A DNA stretch of 59,345 nucleotides, counting the filler, from Chloroflexota bacterium (lineage in GTDB: Bacteria; Chloroflexota; Chloroflexia; QHBQ01): the NCBI GenBank assembly GCA_043754535.1. It is 5 parts of 5 records of this genome, joined end to end, with 100 filler letters (N's around TTAATTAATTAA, not from the genome) between each part and the next. Parts side by side here need not be neighbours in the genome. Positions count along the whole stretch, not along the records: positions 45,754 to 55,942 come from JAYUUN010000089.1; 4 more parts are not named here. One strand, written 5' to 3'. Position numbers and translations under genes: made by a program. Below the pieces are notes generated by a model that worked only from the letters and a program-made list of their open reading frames with translations, was not told the origin of the DNA and did no database searches. How positions within the stretch are numbered: the first letter of the stretch is position 1; every line of letters begins with the position of its first letter. This document shows positions 46,916 to 55,876 of this stretch, one piece after another.

Positions 46916-49900
46916 CTACGGCTCCATCTCCTCACCGACGGACGGGTGCGCGATCTCGTCGTGCAGCGTGGCAGCGCGGGTGGCAACGGATGCTGCCTCG
47001 GCGGGGCGGCCCTGCGCGTCAAGGAAGGCGGCATAGCAGTCGAGGCTAGTAGCAAGCTCGGCCTTGAAGCCACTCCCTTCCAGCAGTTCTATGCTACGTA
47101 GGAAGCTAGCCTCCGCCTCCTCTGTACGCTGCAAGGCGGCTAGCACCAGGGCGTAGGCCCGGCTGGTGGTCGCCTGCGAGTAGGGGTCGTCGTCCAGCAC
47201 AACATCGCGGGCGATCTCGGCTTGGGCCAGCGCAGCATCCAGTTCACCCTGCCCCAGGTGCGCCTCGGCCAGGCCGCGCCGAATCTCTGGCAAGAGATTG
47301 CGTTCGCCCATAGCCGTGCTGATCGCCAACGCCTGCTGGTAGTGGGCTACTGCGGCTTCGTAGCGGCCCAGGGCAGTGAGGGCCAGGCCAAGCGCATGGT
47401 GCGCGTTCACCTCGGCCAGCTTGTAGCTCATCATAGTTGCTAGCTCTAGGGCTTGGCCCGCTGCCTCTATCGCCTCGCTGAACCAGCCCAGATAGTAGCG
47501 GGTAAAGCCCAGATTGACCAGCGTGTTGGCCTGCTGCCGCCTGTCGCCCAGGTCTTCGAGCAGTAGCAGCAGGGTGCTGGCTAGCCGCTCTGCCTTGTAG
47601 AAGTCTGGTCTGGTGTAGTTATAGACGAATATTTGCGAGTTCAGGGCGCGAGCCTGGGTTGCTTTATCGTCGATCAGGCGAGCAATCGCCAACGCTCCAT
47701 GCACCATCTGCTCCGATTGCTCTGGCGCGCCGAGGGTGCCGCCGCTGGAAGCGTAGATGTCGGCCAGAGCAAGGAGGATGCGCGCTTCGTTCTTCTTGTC
47801 GTCCAACTGCCTGAACAGGTCGAGAGCCTGCTGGTGGAAGTAGGCAGCGGTCTGCATATCCCCTCTACTATGAGCTAGCTGACCAAGCACCCAGCACGAC
47901 TGTGCTTGTATGTCGAGGGCTGACAGCAAGACAGAGAGATAGTACATCTTCCTGATTTGTTCAGCAGCCGAGTCAAGATTGCCCATCTGCATATCAGCAT
48001 TGGCCCGCATCCAAATCATGTCGAGGTGTAGCCTTGTCTCTACAAGGTTTGGTGGCAGTAGTGCCAAAGCCCGGTGGCAGTGGGACTGTACCACCTGATA
48101 ATCTTGCAGAGCAATCGCGTTCTCTGCGACCAGCTTGAGGTAGATGACCGCCTTCTCCGCCAGCCGTTGCTGCTCCTCGCCCGCAACCAGCACGTTGGAG
48201 CCTGCCAGCGTAGCAGCCTGCTCGTAGTGGTAAGCGATGCGCTCGGCCAGTTCGTTGCGGCGGTCGCCAGCTGCTCGTTCCAGCCAGGCCGCCGCGTACG
48301 CGTGCTTCTGGCTGCGGCTGGCGCGGGGTAGCATCTCATAAGCAACATCGTGGGTGAGGGCGTGACGAAAGTTGAACTCATCCTCGCCTGCAAAGTCGGA
48401 CTGGCTGGCTGGCTGCACCAGGTTTTTCTCGGCCAGGCTGTGCAGATGGCCGTTTAGCTGGCTAGCGGTCAATCGACCCTCAAGCATGGTGCTGACCGCC
48501 CCTGACCAGAAGGTGCTACCCATCACCGCTGCATTTTGCAGGATGCGCTTCTGCTCGGCAGGCATCAGGTGGTCTATGCGGGCAGTGAGCAATGCCTGGA
48601 TCGAACCGGGGATTGCTAGCCGTTCACCGATATCAGCCACCGCCCGCCAGCGGTTTGCCTCACTGACGATCAACTGGTTATCGATCAGGCTGCGGATGAT
48701 TTCCTCAACGAAGAAGGGATTGCCATCAGCCCGCTGCACAATCGCCACTTGCACTGCTTCTGGCAGCGCATCCACCAGCAGCAGGGCGTTGACCAACTGG
48801 CGGCTCTCGCTGTCGTTCAGCGGTTGGAGGTCGAGGTTGAGATCGCAATTGAGCAACCACTGCGGTTGGGCCTCGCGCAAATCTGGGCGGCTGGCACAGA
48901 GGATCAGGGCTGGTACGTCGTGCATTCGGGCGGCAAGATCAGCGATGAAAGTGAGCAACTCTGGCTTGGCCCAGTGGATATCCTCAAAGAAGATTAGCAG
49001 TGGGGCGAAGGCTGCCTTGAGGCCGAACCAGGTGCGCCAGGCCCAGGCTACCTCCTCGCGTAGGCTGGTAGGGCTAAGGCTGTCTAGGCCGCTGCCACTC
49101 AAGCGCAGATTGACGTTCCAGCCGAGGCGGGCGGCAAGCTGGCGCGCATCCAACACCGCACCTGCCCGTGTAACTGCCCGCTCAACCCCGCTCAATAGTT
49201 TCGCCTCCGCTTCAGCCCGCGTATCGCTATCGCGGATGGAGCAGTCATCCTTCAGCATCTCGCTCAGGGGCCAGTGGGTTATCTCTTGACCGAAGGGCAG
49301 ACAACGACCGCGAATGAGCAGAGCTGGGTTTTCGGCTACGCCAAGCTGGGCGTGGAACTCAGCCACCAGGCGTGACTTGCCCTGCCCTGCTGCGCCCCAG
49401 AGGGTGACAAGAGCCGGTTGGCGAAGGGCCACGACCTGCTCGAAAGTGCCGCTTAGCTGCTGCAACTCGACCGCTCTGCCGACCAGTGGTGCTGCCAGAC
49501 CTTCGCCAGCCTTCACCTTGCCACCTTGCTGGCGCACCCCGACGAGGTGGTGGAGGGGTATTGGCTCTTGCTTGCCCTCGATGCTAACCGCTGCCAGTGG
49601 CTCAAATTGGAAGAAGCTGCTGGTCAGGCGGTAGGTGCTGTCGCTAACTGCGACCCGCCCAGGGCTGGCTTGCGCCTGCACACGGGTGGCAACCAGCAGG
49701 GTGTCGCCGGTGATAGTGTAGCTCTGGCTCTGGTCGCTGTGCAACACCCCAGTGACGGCGGCTCCTGTGTGCAGGCCAATCCTCATCTTCAGCACAATCC
49801 CGCGTTGTTGCTCAAGCCGCGCCGCGAAGCTGCCCAACACCTCTTGCATCGCTAGCCCACAGCGGACAGCGCGCTCTGGGTCGTCACCATGCGCGATTGG

Positions 49901-50215
49901 TGCGCCGAAGTAGGCGAGAATTGCGTCGCCCGCGAACTTGTCCACCTTGCCACCGAAGCGCACCACCTCATCAGCCAACAGGCCGAGGCACTCGCTCATG
50001 ATCTCCTTGACCGCCTCCGGGTCGAGTTGCTCAGACATGGCGGTGAAACCAGAGACATCCGCCGAGATAGCGGTGACTACCCGCCGCTCGTCCTCAGCAG
50101 CGACGGGCGCGAGCAGGCGACTACCGCATTGCCCGCAGAACTTCATCCCATCTGGGTTATCAAATTGGCAGGTTGGGCATTGCAAGGGCGTGCGCTCCGC
50201 TGCTGAGCTTAGCAT
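46916..50215 (-). CDS. Zinc-ribbon + class III nucleotide cyclase + STAND/AAA ATPase + TPR protein
   Basis: CPTC..N....KFCGQCG, ADVSGFT, DKFAGD, GAAGQGKS, EDIHW, GNPFFVEE, F.FRHAL..DVAY, C-terminal TPRs; start may be TTG 50185. Confidence 0.93.
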   Translation of the reverse strand: MLSSAAERTPLQCPTCQFDNPDGMKFCGQCGSRLLAPVAAEDERRVVTAISADVSGFTAMSEQLDPEAVKEIMSECLGLLADEVVRFGGKVDKFAGDAILAYFGAPIAHGDDPERAVRCGLAMQEVLGSFAARLEQQRGIVLKMRIGLHTGAAVTGVLHSDQSQSYTITGDTLLVATRVQAQASPGRVAVSDSTYRLTSSFFQFEPLAAVSIEGKQEPIPLHHLVGVRQQGGKVKAGEGLAAPLVGRAVELQQLSGTFEQVVALRQPALVTLWGAAGQGKSRLVAEFHAQLGVAENPALLIRGRCLPFGQEITHWPLSEMLKDDCSIRDSDTRAEAEAKLLSGVERAVTRAGAVLDARQLAARLGWNVNLRLSGSGLDSLSPTSLREEVAWAWRTWFGLKAAFAPLLIFFEDIHWAKPELLTFIADLAARMHDVPALILCASRPDLREAQPQWLLNCDLNLDLQPLNDSESRQLVNALLLVDALPEAVQVAIVQRADGNPFFVEEIIRSLIDNQLIVSEANRWRAVADIGERLAIPGSIQALLTARIDHLMPAEQKRILQNAAVMGSTFWSGAVSTMLEGRLTASQLNGHLHSLAEKNLVQPASQSDFAGEDEFNFRHALTHDVAYEMLPRASRSQKHAYAAAWLERAAGDRRNELAERIAYHYEQAATLAGSNVLVAGEEQQRLAEKAVIYLKLVAENAIALQDYQVVQSHCHRALALLPPNLVETRLHLDMIWMRANADMQMGNLDSAAEQIRKMYYLSVLLSALDIQAQSCWVLGQLAHSRGDMQTAAYFHQQALDLFRQLDDKKNEARILLALADIYASSGGTLGAPEQSEQMVHGALAIARLIDDKATQARALNSQIFVYNYTRPDFYKAERLASTLLLLLEDLGDRRQQANTLVNLGFTRYYLGWFSEAIEAAGQALELATMMSYKLAEVNAHHALGLALTALGRYEAAVAHYQQALAISTAMGERNLLPEIRRGLAEAHLGQGELDAALAQAEIARDVVLDDDPYSQATTSRAYALVLAALQRTEEAEASFLRSIELLEGSGFKAELATSLDCYAAFLDAQGRPAEAASVATRAATLHDEIAHPSVGEEMEP

Positions 50216-50245
50216 CAAGGTATGGACATCCCATTATAACACAAC

Positions 50246-50276
50246 AAGGGCAATGGCAAACCGCGCCACTGCCCTT
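50246..50276 (-). terminator. Hairpin downstream of peptide genes, next to the extended -10 (TGtTATAAT, 50233-50241) of the cyclase gene
   Basis: AAGGGCAaTGGC...GCCAcTGCCCTT inverted repeat. Confidence 0.55.
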
Positions 50277-50308
50277 TCTAATCAGGAACTAACTTACAGG
50301 CTGCTAAC

Positions 50309-50440
50309 CTAGCAGCTACCACCACCGATACCAGGAGGGCCATCTGGCACCCCACCGTTCAGGTAGGCTTCTGGCACAGACTCCTTGTGTGCTACTACGC
50401 TACCGCGCAACAGACCAAGCAAAAAGGCGAAAAACTTCAT
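50309..50440 (-). CDS. Unannotated 43-aa peptide MKFFAFLLGLLRGSVVAHKESVPEAYLNGGVPDGPPGIGGGSC
   Basis: GGAGGTG RBS before ATG; hydrophobic N-terminus; last 9 aa identical to the neighbouring gene with synonymous codon differences; below ORF-track cutoff. Confidence 0.85.
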   Translation of the reverse strand: MKFFAFLLGLLRGSVVAHKESVPEAYLNGGVPDGPPGIGGGSC

Positions 50441-50542
50441 TCTATACACCTCCCACTCTGCCTAAGGTGTTGAACAACCGCTGGGCTGCATCGTAGCAGA
50501 ATGCGGTTCAGCTGTCAAGTGCGGCTTAGTTTCGGGCTAGGG

Positions 50543-50815
50543 CTAGCAGCTACCTCCACCAATACCAGGCGGGCGGTCTATACCTACCCCGCCCTTGCTG
50601 CCGAGCGGGAAGATGCCAGACTTGCTGACGCGCTCATCAAGTTGGCCGAGGTGCTGTTCCATGCTCCCTGCGTCCCCGTTGAGGAGGGAGTGGCGTTCAG
50701 CTTCGCTGAGGTCGTAGCCCGCGAGGGCCGAGTCGGGGTCTTCCATCATCTGTTGGCGGAAGCCGTCGTCGTCCAACATCTGGTCGAGGACGGTTCGCAT
50801 CGCATCGCTACTCAT
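50543..50815 (-). CDS. 90-aa NHLP-clan (Os1348/Franean1_4349-like) leader peptide protein, putative RiPP or signal precursor
   Basis: AAGGAG RBS, ATG 50815; D..FR.....DP..AL.GYDLS..E...L......LDERVSKS leader, then GIFPLGSKGGVGIDRPPGIGGGSC; TGcTATAAT at 50941-50949. Confidence 0.85.
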   Translation of the reverse strand: MSSDAMRTVLDQMLDDDGFRQQMMEDPDSALAGYDLSEAERHSLLNGDAGSMEQHLGQLDERVSKSGIFPLGSKGGVGIDRPPGIGGGSC

Positions 50816-50985
50816 CTTGTTGCTCCTTAGTTGAATTGTTGCGTCGCTCACAGGTTATATAGGCAGCCCGGCACACTTTGCTTCACTGCTTGCGCCGCTT
50901 GCGCCCGCATCAGCCCGCGGTTACCTACCAGCCCTGCCCTATTATAGCATAACCACAGGGGCGAGGCTGTGCATCGCTCTGTCAG

Positions 50986-53496
50986 CTAGCGCAGGGGAAC
51001 TGCCTCAAATGCTCGGCGCACGACTTTGGATAGTTCACCACGCTTGATGCCATCGTTGGGCCGGAAGCAGTTGCCAGCACCACCGCTGCAAGTTGCGCCG
51101 CTGATGATGCCGCGCCCGACCAGGGTCTCTACCGCCTCATAGCCGAAGCTACCAACTGGTAGGTCAATGAAGCTGGGGCTGACGGGGGTGAACACCCCGT
51201 AGTTGCGGATGCGTTGCACGATGATCGCTACCTGCACGCGGGTGATGTTCAGGTTAGGGGCGTAGCAAGCCCCCTGCTGGCCGAGGGCGGTGCATTGGGC
51301 GGCACTCAGGCCGTTGATCGCCCCTGCGTGAACTGCTGTCTCGATGTAGCCGAAGAAGGGGCTGCTAGTTGGCACGTCAACGAAGGTGGGGATGTTGGTG
51401 CTGAAGGGGGGTAGGCCAAAGCCCACTGCCGCGATTTTGGCGAACTGCCCGCGATTGGTCGGGCTGTTAGGCTCAAAGCGGAAGCTGCCGTCACCGTTGG
51501 CGAAGCCGCTGATCGCTGATCGACAGGCAAGGAATACGATGTCGTTGTAAAAGATGTTGCTGCTCGGCACGTCGGTGAAGGTGCCACAGGGGGCAGGGGT
51601 GAAGGTCGGGCCGGGGGTGCTGGTTGGCTGCGGCGTGCTGGTCGCTGCCGTGCCACAATCGCCCACGCCCTGGTTACGCACGTAGATGTGGAAGTTGCTT
51701 ACCTCCTCACCCATGTAGAAGATGTGGTCGGCTCCACAGACACTGAGCAGGAAGGGCAGGTCGTGGCGCACCCCATTGCTGACCAGCACGGTGCGGCTGC
51801 CGAAGTTCTCCTCGCTGTAGTAGATGTCCTTCACTGTGTCCCCTTCGACCCAGGCGACGCGGGCCTGGCCCCCATTGAAGGAGAGAGCTGGTACGGTGGA
51901 GGTGTCTCCGGTGTTAGAGGCATTCGTGGCGGTAGCGGGCCATGTGCCACTGCTGGCCGTCCACCGTTCGTAGTAGATTTCGGCTTGGCCGTTGGCGTTC
52001 TCCTGCCAGACGATGCCTACATCACCGTTGTTGGCCGCTGCAATGAACGGCCAGTAGGTGCGCCCATTGCGCCGTTCGCCGAACGTCCAGCTACCATTGC
52101 TGCTCTGGTCTGCTGTGTTGATCGTCAGGCCGTAGCGCATCCAGACTACGTGCAGGCGACCTGCCGTGTCAACCGTAGCGACACTAGCTTGCGAGAGGCT
52201 GCTGGTGTCACCTTGTGGCAACCAGTCGGGGCCATTCTGCCAGCTTGCCCCACCGTCGTAGGAGACGCGGTAGTAGATGCGCCCAGCGACGGTGCTGCCG
52301 CTGTCCTCGCGCAGGGTGTAGAAGACGTGGATGCTACCGTCGGGCTTGACTGCGATGCCGGGCGAGTTGGTAGTGCGCCCACTGTAGCTGGTGACGAAGG
52401 TACTGCCGTTCCAGGTGGCGGTGGCGAAGGTGTACTTGACCAGCTTGATGTTGCCCGTGCTGCCAGTGTCGGCCCACACTGCGTAGCCGGTTGCTCCATC
52501 AGGGCTGACGGCGAGGGCGGGGCGGTAGTTGGTGCTGTTACCACCGGGGATTGCCGCCTGCGAGTTCCAGCTTGCCCCACTATCGAGGCTGCGTGCGCTG
52601 CCAATGCCGCCAGTCACGTTGCCCGTCGTCCAGGTAGTGAGGATGTTCTGGCGGCCTGCTGCAAAGGGATACTGCGAAGGGCCAGTCAGCGAGATGTCAG
52701 TCGCGCCGCCGAAGTTGGCAGGTCGCATCTCGCTGGTTTGCTGGCTTACGCTGTCACCTGCTGCGCTCCCGCTGGGGCTGGTCAGGCGGAGGCTGGCAAA
52801 GCGGAGACCGCTGCTAGCCTGGCTGATGAGGCCGCCCCGCCCGCCGCTGTAACTGGCATCGCGCACCTGGCCGACCTGCTGGCCGTCTACGAACACGCGG
52901 AGATTGTCGCCCTGCACTTCGAGGCCGAGCGTCGTCCATGCGTTGCGGGTGTAACCGTCGGTTAGCTGGCTGGCACGGGCAAGCAGGGTGTAATCACCCT
53001 TCGCTGCGTCGTAGCGATCCAGTTGCCAGCTTGCCTGGTTGAGGTTGGCAGCACCCCGCGTCAGGCGATAGTAGCCAGCGGAGCTGTAGCGGGCGACGAG
53101 GCCGAACGAGCCTGCGGCCTGGCTGCCGAGGGCAACGGCCTCCACCCGATAGTTGCTGCCGCCCGCTAGCCTGGGCAGAGCAAGCGTGTCGAAGTAGCCG
53201 TTGGCGAGTGAGGCGGTGCCGTCGAGCCGTAGCAGCCCATCATCTAGCCGCCAGCTAGCTGGGTAGTCTACTTCCAGCCCAGTCCCAATGTTCACGAAGT
53301 CGTAGTCGCCCAGAGCAGCCGCGTTGCCGAAGCTGCTAGTGTAGAGCGTCTTGCCCGCTGAGATGGGGAGAGTAGGAGCTGCTGCTAGTCCTGCTTTGCT
53401 CGCTGCTGCCGGGCTGCCACCCAGTAGATAGCAGAGGGCCGCCAATAGTGCCACTGTCGCGATCAACATCTTCGACCGATTACTGTAACCGCTCAT
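50986..53496 (-). CDS. Secreted SLH-anchored protein with lectin-like beta-sandwich and BNR/Asp-box propeller
   Basis: Signal peptide; FGLVARY..W.TL.LEV.G...RVFVDG (ConA/DUF1080-like); SLDSGASW and SYDGGASW Asp-boxes; PT linker; triple SLH. Confidence 0.87.
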   Translation of the reverse strand: MSGYSNRSKMLIATVALLAALCYLLGGSPAAASKAGLAAAPTLPISAGKTLYTSSFGNAAALGDYDFVNIGTGLEVDYPASWRLDDGLLRLDGTASLANGYFDTLALPRLAGGSNYRVEAVALGSQAAGSFGLVARYSSAGYYRLTRGAANLNQASWQLDRYDAAKGDYTLLARASQLTDGYTRNAWTTLGLEVQGDNLRVFVDGQQVGQVRDASYSGGRGGLISQASSGLRFASLRLTSPSGSAAGDSVSQQTSEMRPANFGGATDISLTGPSQYPFAAGRQNILTTWTTGNVTGGIGSARSLDSGASWNSQAAIPGGNSTNYRPALAVSPDGATGYAVWADTGSTGNIKLVKYTFATATWNGSTFVTSYSGRTTNSPGIAVKPDGSIHVFYTLREDSGSTVAGRIYYRVSYDGGASWQNGPDWLPQGDTSSLSQASVATVDTAGRLHVVWMRYGLTINTADQSSNGSWTFGERRNGRTYWPFIAAANNGDVGIVWQENANGQAEIYYERWTASSGTWPATATNASNTGDTSTVPALSFNGGQARVAWVEGDTVKDIYYSEENFGSRTVLVSNGVRHDLPFLLSVCGADHIFYMGEEVSNFHIYVRNQGVGDCGTAATSTPQPTSTPGPTFTPAPCGTFTDVPSSNIFYNDIVFLACRSAISGFANGDGSFRFEPNSPTNRGQFAKIAAVGFGLPPFSTNIPTFVDVPTSSPFFGYIETAVHAGAINGLSAAQCTALGQQGACYAPNLNITRVQVAIIVQRIRNYGVFTPVSPSFIDLPVGSFGYEAVETLVGRGIISGATCSGGAGNCFRPNDGIKRGELSKVVRRAFEAVPLR

Positions 53497-53546
53497 TTGT
53501 TATTCCCTCCACGCTATTATGCCAAAAAGACGATCAAGCCAGTATG

Positions 53547-53575
53547 ATTGTAGCACTGGAGTGATCGCCTGTCAA
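53547..53575 (-). promoter_or_regulatory. Sigma-70 promoter for SLH gene
   Basis: TTGACA-17-TACAAT with TG extension. Confidence 0.7.
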
Positions 53576-53759
53576 TAGCCCTGCGGTAGTAAGCCAGGCT
53601 GTGGCAAGGTACTTCTTGTACGTAAGAGTGTATCCAGGGTTAGTTTGGCTTTGCAGCAGCGTAGCTATGCTGAGGAGTTCAGGTCTGCAAGGACAGCCCC
53701 AACAAGCTGCTTTGCGGTGTCGTTTGTCAATGCCGACCGCAAAGCAGCTTGTCTTCAGG

Positions 53760-55490
53760 CTACGCTTGCAAGTCCTGCTCAACCCGCCGCTTCATAATCC
53801 TCACGCTCAGGTCGCCAGGGTAGCGTTGGCCTGCCAGAGTAAGCAATGCGCTGGCAAAGCGGGGGTGGCCTACGTTGTAGTAAGCGCGGGCGAGGGCAAG
53901 GTAGCCAACCATTGGCATCTCGTAGAAGCCAGGCAACTCGCTGAACTCAAAGCGCGGCTGCTCCTTGACGACTGTCATGAACTCGACCAGCGCAGACCCC
54001 TGCCGCTCGGCATAGCTGTACTCAATAGCCCGCCAGGCGTGTTCGCGTAGTCTATTGCCGCCATCCTCCACCAGCACAGTCGGTTGGTTGAACACGGTGT
54101 CAAAGTCCAGCGGTGTGTTGCTGACTGGCAGCGGCACATCCGCCTGCTGCGCATCCTCATCGGCATAGCTCAACTCGTAGTGCTGGCTGCGACTGATGGT
54201 AGCGACCACTAGCTCTGGCTCCACCCCCTTGCTACTGACGGCAACCAGCTTGCGCCCGCGGTTGAAGGAGGACAGTGCTGGATTAATCAGCCCATATCGC
54301 TTACCTAGCAGTGCCACTGCCAGCCCCAGCACTACCATGCCCACAGCCCACAGCGTGTCGTTGTTGCTGACTGGCCGATTGACCAGCACAGTAGCCGCCA
54401 CCCCATTGTCACCGCCCGCTGCATTGATTGGCTGCGCTCCCCCCTGCGTCTGGCTGATGATCAGCGGGGTTGGGCTGGGGGTTAGGCGTGATAGGGTTGG
54501 GGCGGCGGTCACTAGTGGGGCTGCCACCGTTGGCAGTGCATCGGCCAGTAGCCAGGAGATCCCAGCACGCTCGGCAACTGGTAGCTGCTCATTAGGCATA
54601 GGTATCTGCTTGCTGGCTATCGCCTCCAGGCTGGCAAAGCCATAGTCGAGCAGCAGCTTGCTATCATCGTACCACTTAGGGCTGTGCAGCACGACGGAAA
54701 TCAACCGCTGCCCATTGCGGGTAGCCGAACCGACCAGGCAGAGGCCTGCGTTGTCGGTCAACCCAGTCTTTACCCCATCAGCCCCAGGGTAGCGAGAGAG
54801 CAGTTCGTTAGTATTGAGCAGGTAGTGGCCGGGGATCGTGTAGCTGCTGCTACGCACTATTTCGGCGAAGGTAGGGTTGTGCATCGCGTACCAGGTGATG
54901 ATCGCCAGGTCGTAGACACTGCTGGTGTGATCTTCTTCATCCAGGCCATGCGGGTTGCCGTAATGAGTATCGTGCATCCCTAGCTTCTGGGCCTGCTGGT
55001 TCATCAAGGCCACGAAGCGTTTGAGCGGGTCTTTTTCGCCTGCCGGTTCGGTCAGCCGCGCCCCAACGTGGCGGGCAATCGCCATTGCCGCATCATTGCC
55101 GCTGGGCAGCATCATCCCGTAGAGCAGATCGTGCATCGTCTGCTTCTCGCCGACCGCTAGACCCATCACCGACTCGCCAACCTCATCATCCACACCGCCA
55201 GTCACGACCTCGTCTGGGCTGCTGTGTTCGAGGGCAACGATGGCAGTAGTAATCTTGGTGGTGCTGGCAATAGCGATGATGTCGTGGGGAACCTTGCTGT
55301 AGAGGATGCGCCCACTGTTATAGTCGATCAGGATCGCAGAGCGTGCCTCAATCTGGGGTAGCGGCGGCCCAGCTAGCTCCGCAGCAGCTGGCTGGGGGTA
55401 GCAGATAGATAGCAGCCAAGCCAACATCAGCAGGCGTAGCCCTTGACCGTACAGATGGCCCCGGCGGTCGATGATCTTCAACTTCGGCAT
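53760..55490 (-). CDS. D-Ala-D-Ala carboxypeptidase (peptidase S11) with TM and cytoplasmic C-terminal extension
   Basis: ASTTK (SxxK), SGN, NPHGL, GVKTG motifs; TM WAVGMVVLGLAVALLG. Confidence 0.9.
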   Translation of the reverse strand: MPKLKIIDRRGHLYGQGLRLLMLAWLLSICYPQPAAAELAGPPLPQIEARSAILIDYNSGRILYSKVPHDIIAIASTTKITTAIVALEHSSPDEVVTGGVDDEVGESVMGLAVGEKQTMHDLLYGMMLPSGNDAAMAIARHVGARLTEPAGEKDPLKRFVALMNQQAQKLGMHDTHYGNPHGLDEEDHTSSVYDLAIITWYAMHNPTFAEIVRSSSYTIPGHYLLNTNELLSRYPGADGVKTGLTDNAGLCLVGSATRNGQRLISVVLHSPKWYDDSKLLLDYGFASLEAIASKQIPMPNEQLPVAERAGISWLLADALPTVAAPLVTAAPTLSRLTPSPTPLIISQTQGGAQPINAAGGDNGVAATVLVNRPVSNNDTLWAVGMVVLGLAVALLGKRYGLINPALSSFNRGRKLVAVSSKGVEPELVVATISRSQHYELSYADEDAQQADVPLPVSNTPLDFDTVFNQPTVLVEDGGNRLREHAWRAIEYSYAERQGSALVEFMTVVKEQPRFEFSELPGFYEMPMVGYLALARAYYNVGHPRFASALLTLAGQRYPGDLSVRIMKRRVEQDLQA

Positions 55491-55632
55491 TTACACAAAA
55501 CCTCTGTGGCTGGCGCAGCCCTCGCCTGCGCGGACATTCCCCGTTGGCCCTATTATAGCACGTTACCGCCAGATTGCAATAGTTATGTCACGTTATTAGC
55601 GTAAACTCAAGGGACAGCCAAGAGCAGGCAGC

Positions 55633-55666
55633 AAAAAGCCCGCTAGCCTTAGCAGCCAACGGGCTT
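55633..55666 (-). terminator. Intrinsic terminator for 35-aa peptide gene
   Basis: AAAAAGCCCG...CGGGCTT; hairpin plus U-tract on the minus strand. Confidence 0.65.
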
Positions 55667-55701
55667 CGCTCTACCTACTGTGTGACAGGTCAGCAGCATA
55701 G

Positions 55702-55809
55702 TTACGCCGCCAGCAGAACATCTACCTCATCACGAATGGGGCCGAGCGCGGTAGGGGTGTAATAGTTAGCTAGCGTAAACAAACCAAGTATCCTAAACAA
55801 GAGCTTCAA
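55702..55809 (-). CDS. Unannotated 35-aa peptide MKLLFRILGLFTLANYYTPTALGPIRDEVDVLLAA
   Basis: AGGAGG RBS 7 nt before TTG; consensus promoter upstream and terminator downstream; not in ORF track. Confidence 0.65.
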   Translation of the reverse strand: MKLLFRILGLFTLANYYTPTALGPIRDEVDVLLAA

Positions 55810-55876
55810 GCATATACCTCCTAACTTGGAATGATGTCCTCTCCCTAGGACTGCTGTTTGTTAGACAGCATGAGCA

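Noticed and set aside
55702..55870. tmRNA (LAA-ending tag) or AgrD-like precursor (DEVDV)
   Set aside because: No tRNA-like GGGG 5' end, T-arm or CCA 3' end, and the ORF has its own RBS; no Cys/Ser five residues before DEVDV and no agrB nearby
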